From Christensenellaceae bacterium (GTDB lineage: Bacteria; Bacillota; Clostridia; Christensenellales; CAG-138): 64,000 nt of DNA. The position numbers and the translations under genes were made by a program. The DNA is taken from contig OY762962.1 of the NCBI GenBank assembly GCA_963667195.1, positions 2,138,591 to 2,202,590 on the forward strand, given 5' to 3'. Shown here piece after piece: positions 19,475 to 28,192 of the stretch (position 1 is its first letter; each line of letters begins with the position of its first letter). The notes beneath the pieces were generated by a model. The model was not told the DNA's origin. It ran no database searches and saw nothing but the letters and a program-made list of their open reading frames with translations.

Positions 19475-20875
19475 ATGAGCGACACCACACAAAGCGCCGC
19501 CGCGATTGGCAAACCCGAGGGCAGAATGGTCGGCAAACGAGAGCGAATCTCATACGGAATGGCTGACTTTGGCTTTCAACTGGTCTGGGGAACGATAGGG
19601 GCATACATCACGTTCTTCTACACAGATATCTTCGGAATTGCAGCCAGTTCCCTGACAATCCTCTTCATCGTAGCCCGCATCTGGGATTCTTCCAACGACC
19701 TCATCATGGGGTTCATCGCAGATAAAGCGAAGATGACCAGAAGAGGAAAGTATCTGCCGTTTATGCGGTGGGGCGTCATTCCTATGGCAATCATGACAGT
19801 TCTGATGTTTACGACCCCGAATTTCAATCAAATGGGGAAACTAATTTGGGCGTACCTTACTTATACGCTGACTTCCGCGGCGTTCACGGTGACGAACGTG
19901 CCGTATAACGCGCTGCTGCCAAGCTTGACTGATAACTATCAGGAGCGGACAACGCTGACCGCAATTCGCATGACCTGTATGATGCTTGGGGCAATTCTGC
20001 TCAATGTGTTGACTAGACCCCTGTTTCTTGCGCTTGGCAAGGGGAATAACGCTCTCGGAATACAGCTGACAGTGGCTATCTATATGGTCATCGCCATTCC
20101 GCTGGTCTTGAATTGCGCAAATGTTTGCAAAGAACGGGTCGTTCACAATGATGACGACGCGAAAGTGCGGTTCCGTGACGCGTGGAAAGCGGTATCCTTA
20201 CCTTGGGTTCTAGTCGTCATCATGAATGTTAGCATGTGGGTCGGTCAAACGCTTAAAATCTCTACCGCGATCTATTGGCTGACATATGTGTTAGAAAAAC
20301 CTCAACTCGTATCCGTTTTCGTTCCGGTCACGATGGTCTGCATCGTACCGTCCATCATACTCACACCGTGGCTCACGAAGAAATTCAATGGCAAGAGATG
20401 GCCGGTGTTTATCGGAAATCTAGTCGCCTTCTGCGGTTCCCTCGTATTTATGTTTTCTAACAACATCGCCATCCTACTTGTAGGCGCAGCGCTTGGCGGG
20501 TTCGGATTCGGGCCGCAAATAGCCCTCTCTTACTCAATGATGGCGGACTGCATCGATTATGGCGAATGGAAATCTGGCATTCGGGCGCAAGCCATGCTCG
20601 GGTCGGTCGGTACGTTCGGCAACCAGCTTGGTTCCGCGATCGGTGGGATTGTCTTAACGTCGCTTCTCACAATCGGTGGCTATGTCGCCAATCAGGCGCA
20701 AACTGTGGCATCGAAGGCTGCAATTTCCTCGGCGTTTGTCTTTATTCCGGTTGTCACGATGGGAATTACGATTGTTGCGATGTTGTTCTACAAGCTGGAT
20801 GGGAACTTCTATCAGAAAATCAAGCAAGATCTGGATCAGCGCAGAAATGCTACTGCGCAAACAAGTCAAGGCTGA
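19475..20875 (+). CDS. Glycoside-pentoside-hexuronide (GPH):cation symporter family MFS transporter
   Basis: It has about 12 hydrophobic segments. GPH-like blocks are ISYGMADFGFQLVW and DLIMGFIADKAKMTRRGKYLPFM. Confidence 0.85.
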   Translation: MSDTTQSAAAIGKPEGRMVGKRERISYGMADFGFQLVWGTIGAYITFFYTDIFGIAASSLTILFIVARIWDSSNDLIMGFIADKAKMTRRGKYLPFMRWGVIPMAIMTVLMFTTPNFNQMGKLIWAYLTYTLTSAAFTVTNVPYNALLPSLTDNYQERTTLTAIRMTCMMLGAILLNVLTRPLFLALGKGNNALGIQLTVAIYMVIAIPLVLNCANVCKERVVHNDDDAKVRFRDAWKAVSLPWVLVVIMNVSMWVGQTLKISTAIYWLTYVLEKPQLVSVFVPVTMVCIVPSIILTPWLTKKFNGKRWPVFIGNLVAFCGSLVFMFSNNIAILLVGAALGGFGFGPQIALSYSMMADCIDYGEWKSGIRAQAMLGSVGTFGNQLGSAIGGIVLTSLLTIGGYVANQAQTVASKAAISSAFVFIPVVTMGITIVAMLFYKLDGNFYQKIKQDLDQRRNATAQTSQG

Positions 20876-20986
20876 CAGGAAAGCCCTTCGCATAGATGAA
20901 TTGCTTCATCATGGATTTTACTTGACAGAAACGTCGATTCTATCGCATACCTGTAAGGGTAGAGTATTCTGCCCAAGGAGGCGCAT

Positions 20987-21667
20987 ATGGCTGAAAATAC
21001 GAGTCGAAATTCTGATGGGTACAGCAAGTTTGAGCCCCGTTTGATTCAGTGCATTCAAAACGGGAGCATGGAGGACGCGCGGATACTGGCCAATGAGATT
21101 TCGGAGGAATACCGAGGTCAAAACGGTTGGTCCGGCGTATATGAAATCAACCTGCTGAAGCGTATGGTGGAACGGTTCGTCGATCCCCGTGTGAGCAGCA
21201 CAATTCGGATCACACTGACGGCTGAGACGACACAGTTTTTCGAATATCTGGATCATCCGGTGAAGATATTCAACATCCTACTGTTCAAATACTTGGTGGC
21301 GATTCAGCAGTGCGTTCGCAAACAAAGCAATAGCCAGAACTACGAACTCGTGATCAAAGCGATCGACGCAGTGGAAGAAGGATACATGGACAGCGATTTC
21401 TCGTTGGAAAAGGTAGCGATTGGGTTGTACGTAAGCTACGGGCATTTGTGCTCGATCTTTCGGAAGTTCACTGGGGTACGGTTCAAAGATTATTTAATCG
21501 AGTTCCGTATGAAAAAAGCTTGTGAGCTACTAAAGAACGGACGGTATGAAGTGCAGCGCGTCGCGGAACTGACCGGCTACTCATCCTCGCGATATTTCAA
21601 CACGGCTTTCCATAAGTCTTTGGGCATGTCGCCGAGCGCTTACTCGCAGATGAATGGTTCCGTGTAG
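20987..21667 (+). CDS. AraC-family transcriptional regulator
   Basis: The C-terminal double HTH reads LEKVAIGLYVSYGHLCSIFRK...VAELTGYSSSRYFNTAFHKSLGMSPSAY. Confidence 0.85.
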   Translation: MAENTSRNSDGYSKFEPRLIQCIQNGSMEDARILANEISEEYRGQNGWSGVYEINLLKRMVERFVDPRVSSTIRITLTAETTQFFEYLDHPVKIFNILLFKYLVAIQQCVRKQSNSQNYELVIKAIDAVEEGYMDSDFSLEKVAIGLYVSYGHLCSIFRKFTGVRFKDYLIEFRMKKACELLKNGRYEVQRVAELTGYSSSRYFNTAFHKSLGMSPSAYSQMNGSV

Positions 21668-21753
21668 TCAAGGTCAAACGATCTATGGCGATCCTGCTGA
21701 CGAAAACAATGGAAGTTGTATAGCAGAATAGATTCTGCAAATTGGAGGATAAA

Positions 21754-22521
21754 GTGAAATTTGATGTTTGCATCGACAAGGTATTTTTTATGAAAAACTT
21801 TGTCGAATCGATGGAGAGAACAAAGAAGGCAGGAGTAGATGCCTACGAATATTGGAAATGGTGGGAGAAAGACGCCGAGGCCTTGCTGCAGAAGCAGTCG
21901 GAGCTTGATCTTACGTGCGTCACATTCTGCACCAAATTCATTTCACTACTGGACCCCGCTCAGCGCGAAGAGTATAAGCAGGGTCTGATCGACAGCATCG
22001 CTATGGCGAAACGCTTCGGTGTCGATCTGTTGATCAGCCAGACGGGTTATACGATCAAGGATGTCCCCGAAGAAGAACAGTGGGAGAGCTTGATTCAGGG
22101 CCTTCGCGAGTGCGTCCCGATTCTTGAAGAAGCAGGAGTTACGTTGATTGTTGAGCCGCTCAACCTTCAGGATCATCCGGGGTATTTTCTCACGCGCTCG
22201 AAAGATGCATTCCGTATGATCGACGAAGTGGGGAGCGAACGAGTAAAAATTCTGTACGATATCTACCATTTTCAGATTACCGAAGGCAACCTGATCAAGA
22301 CAATCTCGGACAACATCGGCAAAATCGGACATTTCCACTGCGCGGGAAACCCCGGGCGAGGCAATATTACAAAAGGCGAAATCGCCTATGAAGAGGTATT
22401 TCGCGCGATACGCGATCTCGGGTACAAAGGATATGTCGGCCTTGAATGCGGAATGTTCCTGAAAACTGACGAGGGAATTGCCGCGGCAAAGCTGCTTTTC
22501 GATACCAGCCTAGAGAGCTAA
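21754..22521 (+). CDS. Hydroxypyruvate isomerase-family TIM-barrel protein (paralogue of 7693-8463)
   Basis: The block IGHFHCAGNPGRGNITKGEIAYEEVFRAIRDLGYKGYVGLE matches the Hyi family. GTG 21754 follows a GGAGG RBS. Confidence 0.7.
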   Translation: MKFDVCIDKVFFMKNFVESMERTKKAGVDAYEYWKWWEKDAEALLQKQSELDLTCVTFCTKFISLLDPAQREEYKQGLIDSIAMAKRFGVDLLISQTGYTIKDVPEEEQWESLIQGLRECVPILEEAGVTLIVEPLNLQDHPGYFLTRSKDAFRMIDEVGSERVKILYDIYHFQITEGNLIKTISDNIGKIGHFHCAGNPGRGNITKGEIAYEEVFRAIRDLGYKGYVGLECGMFLKTDEGIAAAKLLFDTSLES

Positions 22522-22554
22522 CGAAACACCGATCAGACAAAAGGAGACCAAAGT

Positions 22555-23637
22555 ATGGAGAAACAACTCAATTTCGCAATCGTTGGATGCGGCACGATTG
22601 CAAATCAGAAACACATGCCGAGTCTGGCGAAACAGCCGGAGGCACGTATGGTTGCATTCTGCGATATCGATCAGAAAAAAGCGGAAGCAGCTGCTCAAAA
22701 GTTCGGATCGGAAGGTGCAAAAACTTTCTGTGACTATCGTGAAATGCTCCAAGAATGCCCTGAAATCGACGTGGTGCACGTGTGCGTGCCGAACGGGCTA
22801 CACGCGGATGTGACGATCGCAGCGTTCGAAGCGGGTAAGCATGTGCTATGCGAAAAACCGATGGCAGCAAACGCAAAGCAGGCGCAGCGGATGATCGACG
22901 CATGGAAGAAGACCGATCGCAAATTCACGATCGGATTCCAGTGGCGTTTTCGTCCGGAAATGCTCAAGTTGAAAGAGATGTGCCTATCCGGCGAACTCGG
23001 AGATATCTACTACGCAAAGGCCACAAGCATACGGAGGTGTGCTGCACCCGCATATGGCGCTTACCTGAGTCTAGAGAAGCAAGGAGGCGGCGCCTTGATT
23101 GACAGCGGTTCGCACAGCATCGATCTGACGATGTGGCTCATGGGAAATTATGAGATCGAGAGTGTGACGGGGACCGCGTTTCGTAAGCTATACGCCCATT
23201 CCGAAGGGAACATGAACGGCTCTTGGGTTCCGGAGGATTTCACGGTAGATGAATCCGCAGTCGGTCAGGTCAAGTTTAAGAACGGAGCAGTTATGTCGGT
23301 GGAAGCCGCGTGGATGCTCAACACGCTTGCGGACACGACGCATATTCCGCAATTATTTGGGACGAAGGCAGGCGTTGATTTTCTGGATAAATACGCACTC
23401 TCGATTCATGGCATGCGCGACGGAGCACCATATGATGAGAAAGTGCAGATTCCGGGAGCGAGCCCGTTCCTTTGGGGACCCGGCAGGCAAGGCGCATATG
23501 AAGCCGAGCACTGGATTAAAGCGATCTTGGAAGATACCGATCCCGAAGTTTCTCCGTATGAGGCTCTGGCGGTCTGCAAGGTTGTCGATGCCATTTATGA
23601 ATCAAGCAAGACAGGCAAAGCTGTTTACTTGGAATAA
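22555..23637 (+). CDS. Gfo/Idh/MocA oxidoreductase (paralogue of 16648-17745)
   Basis: It aligns by eye over its whole length with the 16648 product, at roughly half identical residues. Shared blocks include GCG.IAN.KHMP, CEKPMAA, DRKFTIG and EKQGGG.LID.G.HS.D. Confidence 0.85.
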   Translation: MEKQLNFAIVGCGTIANQKHMPSLAKQPEARMVAFCDIDQKKAEAAAQKFGSEGAKTFCDYREMLQECPEIDVVHVCVPNGLHADVTIAAFEAGKHVLCEKPMAANAKQAQRMIDAWKKTDRKFTIGFQWRFRPEMLKLKEMCLSGELGDIYYAKATSIRRCAAPAYGAYLSLEKQGGGALIDSGSHSIDLTMWLMGNYEIESVTGTAFRKLYAHSEGNMNGSWVPEDFTVDESAVGQVKFKNGAVMSVEAAWMLNTLADTTHIPQLFGTKAGVDFLDKYALSIHGMRDGAPYDEKVQIPGASPFLWGPGRQGAYEAEHWIKAILEDTDPEVSPYEALAVCKVVDAIYESSKTGKAVYLE

Positions 23638-23660
23638 ACAAAAAAACGGAGGTATAGAAA

Positions 23661-23876
23661 ATGAAATTCGATCCCAATACGACAACAATCGGCGATATCC
23701 TTGATGACCCGGACCTCAACGCGGCTCTGATGGAGGTCGCACCGCCCGAAATGAAGGAGATGCCGATCGACGACTTCATCCGGGGGCTGACATGGGCGGC
23801 TTCGTCGATGCAGATCAAGCAAATGGTGGGCGTTGATCTCTACAACAAAATGGTAGAGAAACTGAGCGCTCTCTAA
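23661..23876 (+). CDS. Small conserved hypothetical protein (71 aa), paralogue of 17773-17991
   Basis: It has the same size and the same position after the oxidoreductase, and shares the N-terminal NTTTIGDILDDP block. Confidence 0.55.
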   Translation: MKFDPNTTTIGDILDDPDLNAALMEVAPPEMKEMPIDDFIRGLTWAASSMQIKQMVGVDLYNKMVEKLSAL

Positions 23877-24140
23877 ATTCACAATTAAATACTCCAAACT
23901 CCAAGTTTATCGGCAGCTTTCTTCAACGGAGAGGTGCCGATTCACTTCCGAGACGAAGGAACCCATAGTGTCTCTTCTAGCTGTTCACCCTCGAACACTT
24001 GGCTTTACAGGTTTGTGATTTATTCTTTTTATAAACGATCTGCGCAGCACTGATGGCATTGATTAATAGGTTAAATCGCTTGGGCAGGTTAGTTAACGAG
24101 AAAGCCTAAACACAGATTCTAAAACACACTATGCGTAGTC

Positions 24141-24170
24141 AAAAATCCCGCAGTTGTGCGGGATTTTTTG
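24141..24170. terminator. Rho-independent terminator-like hairpin (bidirectional)
   Basis: The sequence is AAAAATCCCGCA-GTTG-TGCGGGATTTTTT: a perfect 8 bp stem flanked by A and T runs. Confidence 0.6.
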
Positions 24171-24357
24171 GTTTTTGGGGTAAAACATTAGCATGCACTA
24201 CAAAATCGTCGGACGCATTGGCAGGCACCTGCCTGCAAGAATATATTATTTTTTCTCCGCGATTTATTTCCGGTTTTGGAAATTCAGATTGTCTTAGTTA
24301 TATAGAGAGGTTTTAAGGAGAACCTCAAACGAAACTGAATTATCTGGGGGATTTGAA

Positions 24358-24774
24358 TTGGAACACTTCGTTGAGGACATAGAGTGGGAGTTATTCGATA
24401 GCTTCTGCAAGCAAGTTATTAAAAACGCGGGTCGGAATATTCGACGTCGATACTTAAGACAGTTACTGAATGAAAGCCTTATGGGATTCCCTGAACAAGA
24501 GAACACAAATATAGGCGTTCATTATGATGCTTATCCTTCGGATGGAGATTATATCGAATTTAATGGGAATCTGTATCCAGTTAAGAAAAGCTGGCTACAA
24601 ATCATTCTACAACAACTTCCGAAGAAACAACTTGGAGTACTTATTTTAGGGTATTGGTGTGGATACACTGACGAGCAAATTGCAGTTAATTATAAAATTT
24701 CTACGCGAACAGTACAAAATCTGAGAGCTCGTGCGTTTGAAAAGATACGGAGGTATCGTCTAAGTATAAAATGA
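24358..24774 (+). CDS. Small sigma-70-like protein (region 4 HTH), mobile-element type
   Basis: The C-terminal LPKKQLGVLILGYWCGYTDEQIAVNYKISTRTVQNLRARAFEKIRRY is a sigma-70 region-4-like HTH. It lies in AT-rich island DNA and starts with TTG. Confidence 0.6.
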   Translation: MEHFVEDIEWELFDSFCKQVIKNAGRNIRRRYLRQLLNESLMGFPEQENTNIGVHYDAYPSDGDYIEFNGNLYPVKKSWLQIILQQLPKKQLGVLILGYWCGYTDEQIAVNYKISTRTVQNLRARAFEKIRRYRLSIK

Positions 24775-24828
24775 CCCCTCCGTTATCAAGATAGACACCG
24801 ATTGCCTAACGGTGAAAACGGAGGGAAT

Positions 24829-25053
24829 ATGGGGAAGGTCCCAAAGGACACGATTTTCCGAGCCATCAAAGGCGATGACACGGCAATCGAGGAGGTAATT
24901 CTGGTTTATGACAATTACATCAACAAAGTAGCTACATTTAACTTCAAGAACAAGGAGGGGCATACATATAGGATTGTCTCCGAAGACGCAAAGCAGGAAC
25001 TAATAGAAAAACTAATCAAAGCGTTGCCTAAATGGAAAGGACTTAAGAAATGA
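24829..25053 (+). CDS. Small HTH protein of the conjugative-transposon type (Tn916 Orf7/8-like)
   Basis: AIKGDDTAIEEVILVYDNYINKV resembles the sigma region-2-like helix of the small HTH proteins that accompany sigma-like genes in Firmicute ICEs. A GGAGGG RBS lies upstream. Confidence 0.45.
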   Translation: MGKVPKDTIFRAIKGDDTAIEEVILVYDNYINKVATFNFKNKEGHTYRIVSEDAKQELIEKLIKALPKWKGLKK

Positions 25054-25871
25054 TAGTACTACCAGATCTTTTTGAATTTGCTTATGTGCCCAACTGGTGT
25101 GACCATCTCAGCGCATTGGCTGAGATGGCCATGCCAGAGACATGGCATTTTTCGCATCCTTTAGTGCCGCCAAAGAACTCGGATACGCCGATACTAGAGA
25201 AACTCGTCAATTACGTTTTTAAGAAACAAGTTATCGATTTTAATAATCTTCCAGTCGGATCCGATCCGGAATTTGCGGACAGAATCTTTTTTATCAGAAA
25301 TGAAAAAGCATGTTTCAACACTGGACTCTATACAAAGAATTTTAAGAGCATCTATGGGTGTTTCACTCGTAATAAACGCAAAGATGCTATGCAAGACTGG
25401 TTCTTCCGTGGATTCTATGACGATGTTGCCCCCGATCTGAAGTATGTGCAGCCATTGCCGGATAAACCGGGTTTCTTGCTGCCGATCACGGGGATGACAT
25501 ATTTCCCTGCTTGGGACATACGCGTCAATGTGAACCACATTCTTTGTGATCCTGAAAACTTCGCACGCCTGCCGGTTGAAGTGCAGCGCGCGAAGAACTT
25601 ATCGCTTCTACTAGAAACCGCCGTCGAATTGGCTCGACGCAAAGCGTCATTTGAACCCGGCATCGTAGTGCCGCAGGGATATCAAGGCAAGGTGCAGTTT
25701 TTGCTCCCGCTTTGCTTGCGGGATATGGAGCGCACTGACCTCGCTATGACGCTCACGCCCATGGACGGCTACTATCTTGGCCATACCTGTCTGACGCTGG
25801 AGATGGCTTATTTGAACGCGCGTTTGATCGGTAGACCGATCGCTCCCTGGCTTCTGGAACTCGTGACCTGA
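25050..25871 (+). CDS. DUF3825-like hypothetical protein
   Basis: The start overlaps the previous stop (ATGA). The blocks LAEMAMPETW, PILEKLVNYVF, ACFNTGLY and WFFRGF match my memory of DUF3825 proteins. This was not verified. Confidence 0.45.
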   Translation: MIVLPDLFEFAYVPNWCDHLSALAEMAMPETWHFSHPLVPPKNSDTPILEKLVNYVFKKQVIDFNNLPVGSDPEFADRIFFIRNEKACFNTGLYTKNFKSIYGCFTRNKRKDAMQDWFFRGFYDDVAPDLKYVQPLPDKPGFLLPITGMTYFPAWDIRVNVNHILCDPENFARLPVEVQRAKNLSLLLETAVELARRKASFEPGIVVPQGYQGKVQFLLPLCLRDMERTDLAMTLTPMDGYYLGHTCLTLEMAYLNARLIGRPIAPWLLELVT

Positions 25872-25959
25872 TCTTCCGGCTGCCGCCCTCAGGGGTTAAG
25901 GATAAAGCTGATCTGCCCCCGTTTTCTGGATCAGGAGCAATGTTAGGAAATGAATCGTT

Positions 25960-26804
25960 CTAGGCAGCAATCGGAACCACGGTTTGAGGGGCGGGCGGCC
26001 GCCCGCCGAGGCTCGAATGCGGCCTGACCTGATTGTAGTAACGAACCCATCGCTGCGTCAACACTTGCGCCTCATACATGGTGTCAAACAACTCGCCATT
26101 CAAGAATTCAGCCCGCATACGAGCATTGAAACTCTCGATATAACCGTTCTCCCATGGACTGCCCGGCTCGATATAGGCTGTAATGGAACCTGCATCTCTC
26201 AGCCATTTACGAATCTGTTTAGCGGTGAATTCACTTCCGTTATCGCTTCTCATATACTCCGGAACCCCGCGGGTCAGCATGAGGTCTGATAGTAATTCAA
26301 TTACATCATTGTTCCGCCAACTTCTGCGTGGCACGCTGGCGAGGCATTCGTGTGTATGTTCATCCAGGACGTTCAGGAATCGGATCTTTCGACCATTACT
26401 GGTTCTGTCTTCTACAAAATCATAACCCCATACATGATTCTTATGCTCTGCTCTCAGACGGATGCAGCTGCCATCCGTTAGCCAGAGCCTGCGCTTTTTT
26501 GCTTGCTTTTTCGGCAGTTTCAAGCCTTCTTCCCGCCAGATTCGTTCAACGCGCTTATGGTTGATTAGAATTCCTTCGTTCCGAAGCATATAAGTAACCA
26601 TCCGATACCCGACTCGTCCGCAATTAGTAACCAATCGGATGATCGCGGCTCGGATCTCGTCTTCGTCACTGCGTTTCACAGGTTCATAACGACAACTGTT
26701 GCGGTTGATTTGCAATACCCTGCAAGCCCGTCTTTCTGCCACATGATGTTTGACCACGGCATACTTGACAGCCGCTAAGCGCTTGGCAGGGCTTAGAAGT
26801 TTTT
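25960..26804 (-). CDS. IS3-family transposase OrfB (DDE/RNase-H integrase core), expressed as an OrfAB fusion by -1 frameshift
   Basis: It carries the rve-type core (HVWGYDF..., LNVLDEHTHE, SDNGSEFTA, YIESFNARMRAEFL, RPHSSLGGRPPA). The -1 frame is open from the slippery site at 26798-26804. Confidence 0.9.
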
Positions 26805-27071
26805 TGAGTTCACATCCCTAAGAATTGAGATATCCAACGCTTGCTCGGCTACCAGCTTCTTTAAACGTGCGTTTTCTTTTTCCAGCTCCTTCATTCGTCG
26901 CGCATCACTTGTGTTCATTCCACCGTATTCTTTTCGCCAGCGATAGTATGTCTGCTCGGTGATTCCGAGCCCCCTGCAGGCTTCTGTAATCGTTTTGCCT
27001 TGATTACAATGCAGTTCTACCTCCCGCAGCTTGACAATGATCTGTTCGACCGTGAAGTTCTTTCTTGCCAT
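26793..27071 (-). CDS. IS3-family transposase OrfA (HTH)
   Basis: MARKNFTVEQIIVKLREVE...TYYRWRKEYGGM...RLKKLVAEQALD has the typical IS3/IS407 OrfA HTH followed by a leucine zipper. Confidence 0.9.
   Translation of the reverse strand: MARKNFTVEQIIVKLREVELHCNQGKTITEACRGLGITEQTYYRWRKEYGGMNTSDARRMKELEKENARLKKLVAEQALDISILRDVNSKNF
26798..26804 (-). other. Programmed -1 ribosomal frameshift heptamer (A AAA AAC)
   Basis: The minus strand reads TCA AAA AAC TTC TAA. Shifting -1 gives KKLLSPAKRLAAVKYAVVKHH..., which is continuous with OrfB. Confidence 0.7.
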
Positions 27072-27527
27072 CTTCTTTCAGCTCCTTTGTTAGTCTTTTT
27101 TCTCTTTTTCCTAACATTGTAGCTGGCCCGGTTCCGTGGGGCTAGATCATTATTTCTTTTTGTTGACCAAGTTTGGTTTCATAGCAAGAATTATTTCACT
27201 ATATCATACAATTTTTGGAATCATGCAAATGACCAATTAAGGAGCCTATTATAAATTACTCTGAGTCTTGGGCGTGAGAGCTATCATTCTGTTAAACTTT
27301 CATTTGAAAAATAATGGTTTGATTATTACACGATAATTTAATTTCGATTCGTTTTATCTGCGAGTGTTTGCTGAGAAGGAAGCGCTTACCCACGATAGAT
27401 TCTTTGATAGCAATCCAATACGAAGGGCGCATTGCTACACTTTGGGTTTTTTAAATATCGTGTTTAGTAGATAGTATTCATTTTGTAATTGCGACTTCCC
27501 ACACAAGAAGGAAATTTATTGCAGCGT

Positions 27528-28187
27528 TTAGCTGAGATTAGTGCCTTTTGTTTGTTTTAATTTGACTATTTTTTCAAGCACAATTGTGCCATTTGTTCCA
27601 TCTTCTCTATTCGTAAAATATCTTCCTTTCATATTATTGCCATTAACAATAAACGTATTGTATCCATCGTGCTTTTTTGTCTTCCAATCAACACAATATG
27701 AATCATTGCAATATGGGAACCCGAACTCAACCCCGCTTTCGCCATTTGAAAATATAAAAGCTGCGATGCTATGCGAAGTTGATCTCGGAAAGGCGCAAAT
27801 AACACTAATATGGTCCCAATCCTGTCTAATTTCCATTGAAAACTCAATTCTTGTTGGAACACCATCTGTTAAGTAAGAAGAAATTAACTCACCTTTCCAT
27901 GTTCCATTCAGGTTTGGGATACTATGAAATTTAGAAATTATGGGTATCGTCCACAACACTTTGCGAAACAGCAAGTAAAGTACTCCAAATACGCCCAACA
28001 AGGTTACTGAAGATACTGATAATCCAAAGAAATCCAATGTTGAGATAATTGATTTAAGACAAGATGGAATATTGATCAAGATAGTACTAAGTAAATAATT
28101 AATCAGCTTTGCTGCAAAAAACGAAATGAAAAGCATTATAAGCAAAGCAGTTTTTCGAACATTTGAATCGATTGAATAAAATTTCAT
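27528..28187 (-). CDS. cap15: CBASS effector, Cap15-like (two N-terminal TM helices plus a beta-strand-rich C-terminal domain; S-2TMbeta type)
   Basis: The two hydrophobic helices are TALLIMLFISFFAAKLINYLL and VSSVTLLGVFGVLYLLF. They are followed by LNGTWKGEL and a ~120 aa beta-rich domain. It is the last gene of the CD-NTase/Cap2/Cap3 operon, 5 nt after the cap3 stop. Confidence 0.75.
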   Translation of the reverse strand: MKFYSIDSNVRKTALLIMLFISFFAAKLINYLLSTILINIPSCLKSIISTLDFFGLSVSSVTLLGVFGVLYLLFRKVLWTIPIISKFHSIPNLNGTWKGELISSYLTDGVPTRIEFSMEIRQDWDHISVICAFPRSTSHSIAAFIFSNGESGVEFGFPYCNDSYCVDWKTKKHDGYNTFIVNGNNMKGRYFTNREDGTNGTIVLEKIVKLKQTKGTNLS

Positions 28188-28192
28188 TGCGA

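Larger units (their letters stand above)
25919..27149 (-). mobile_element. Intact IS3-family insertion sequence (IS407/IS2-like), 1231 bp
   Basis: Imperfect terminal inverted repeats of ~43 bp begin TGATCTGCCCCC... at 25919 and end ...GGGGCTAGATCA at 27149. The element holds orfA and orfB with an A AAA AAC slippery site. No matching target-site duplication is visible. Confidence 0.85.

Noticed and set aside
24160-24182. A possible degenerate direct repeat of the tRNA-fMet 3' end (attL-like): hairpin plus TTTTTTGGTTTTTGGGG, compared with hairpin plus TTTTTAATTGGTTGCGGGGG at 31817-31837
   Set aside because: Only a short, gapped resemblance, dominated by T and G runs, follows the two terminators. 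That is not enough to call an att site without a formal alignment or comparative genomes.
24131-24316. A 61 aa ORF at the left edge of the island
   Set aside because: It spans the strong terminator hairpin at 24141-24170, has no RBS and has odd composition. It is probably non-coding.
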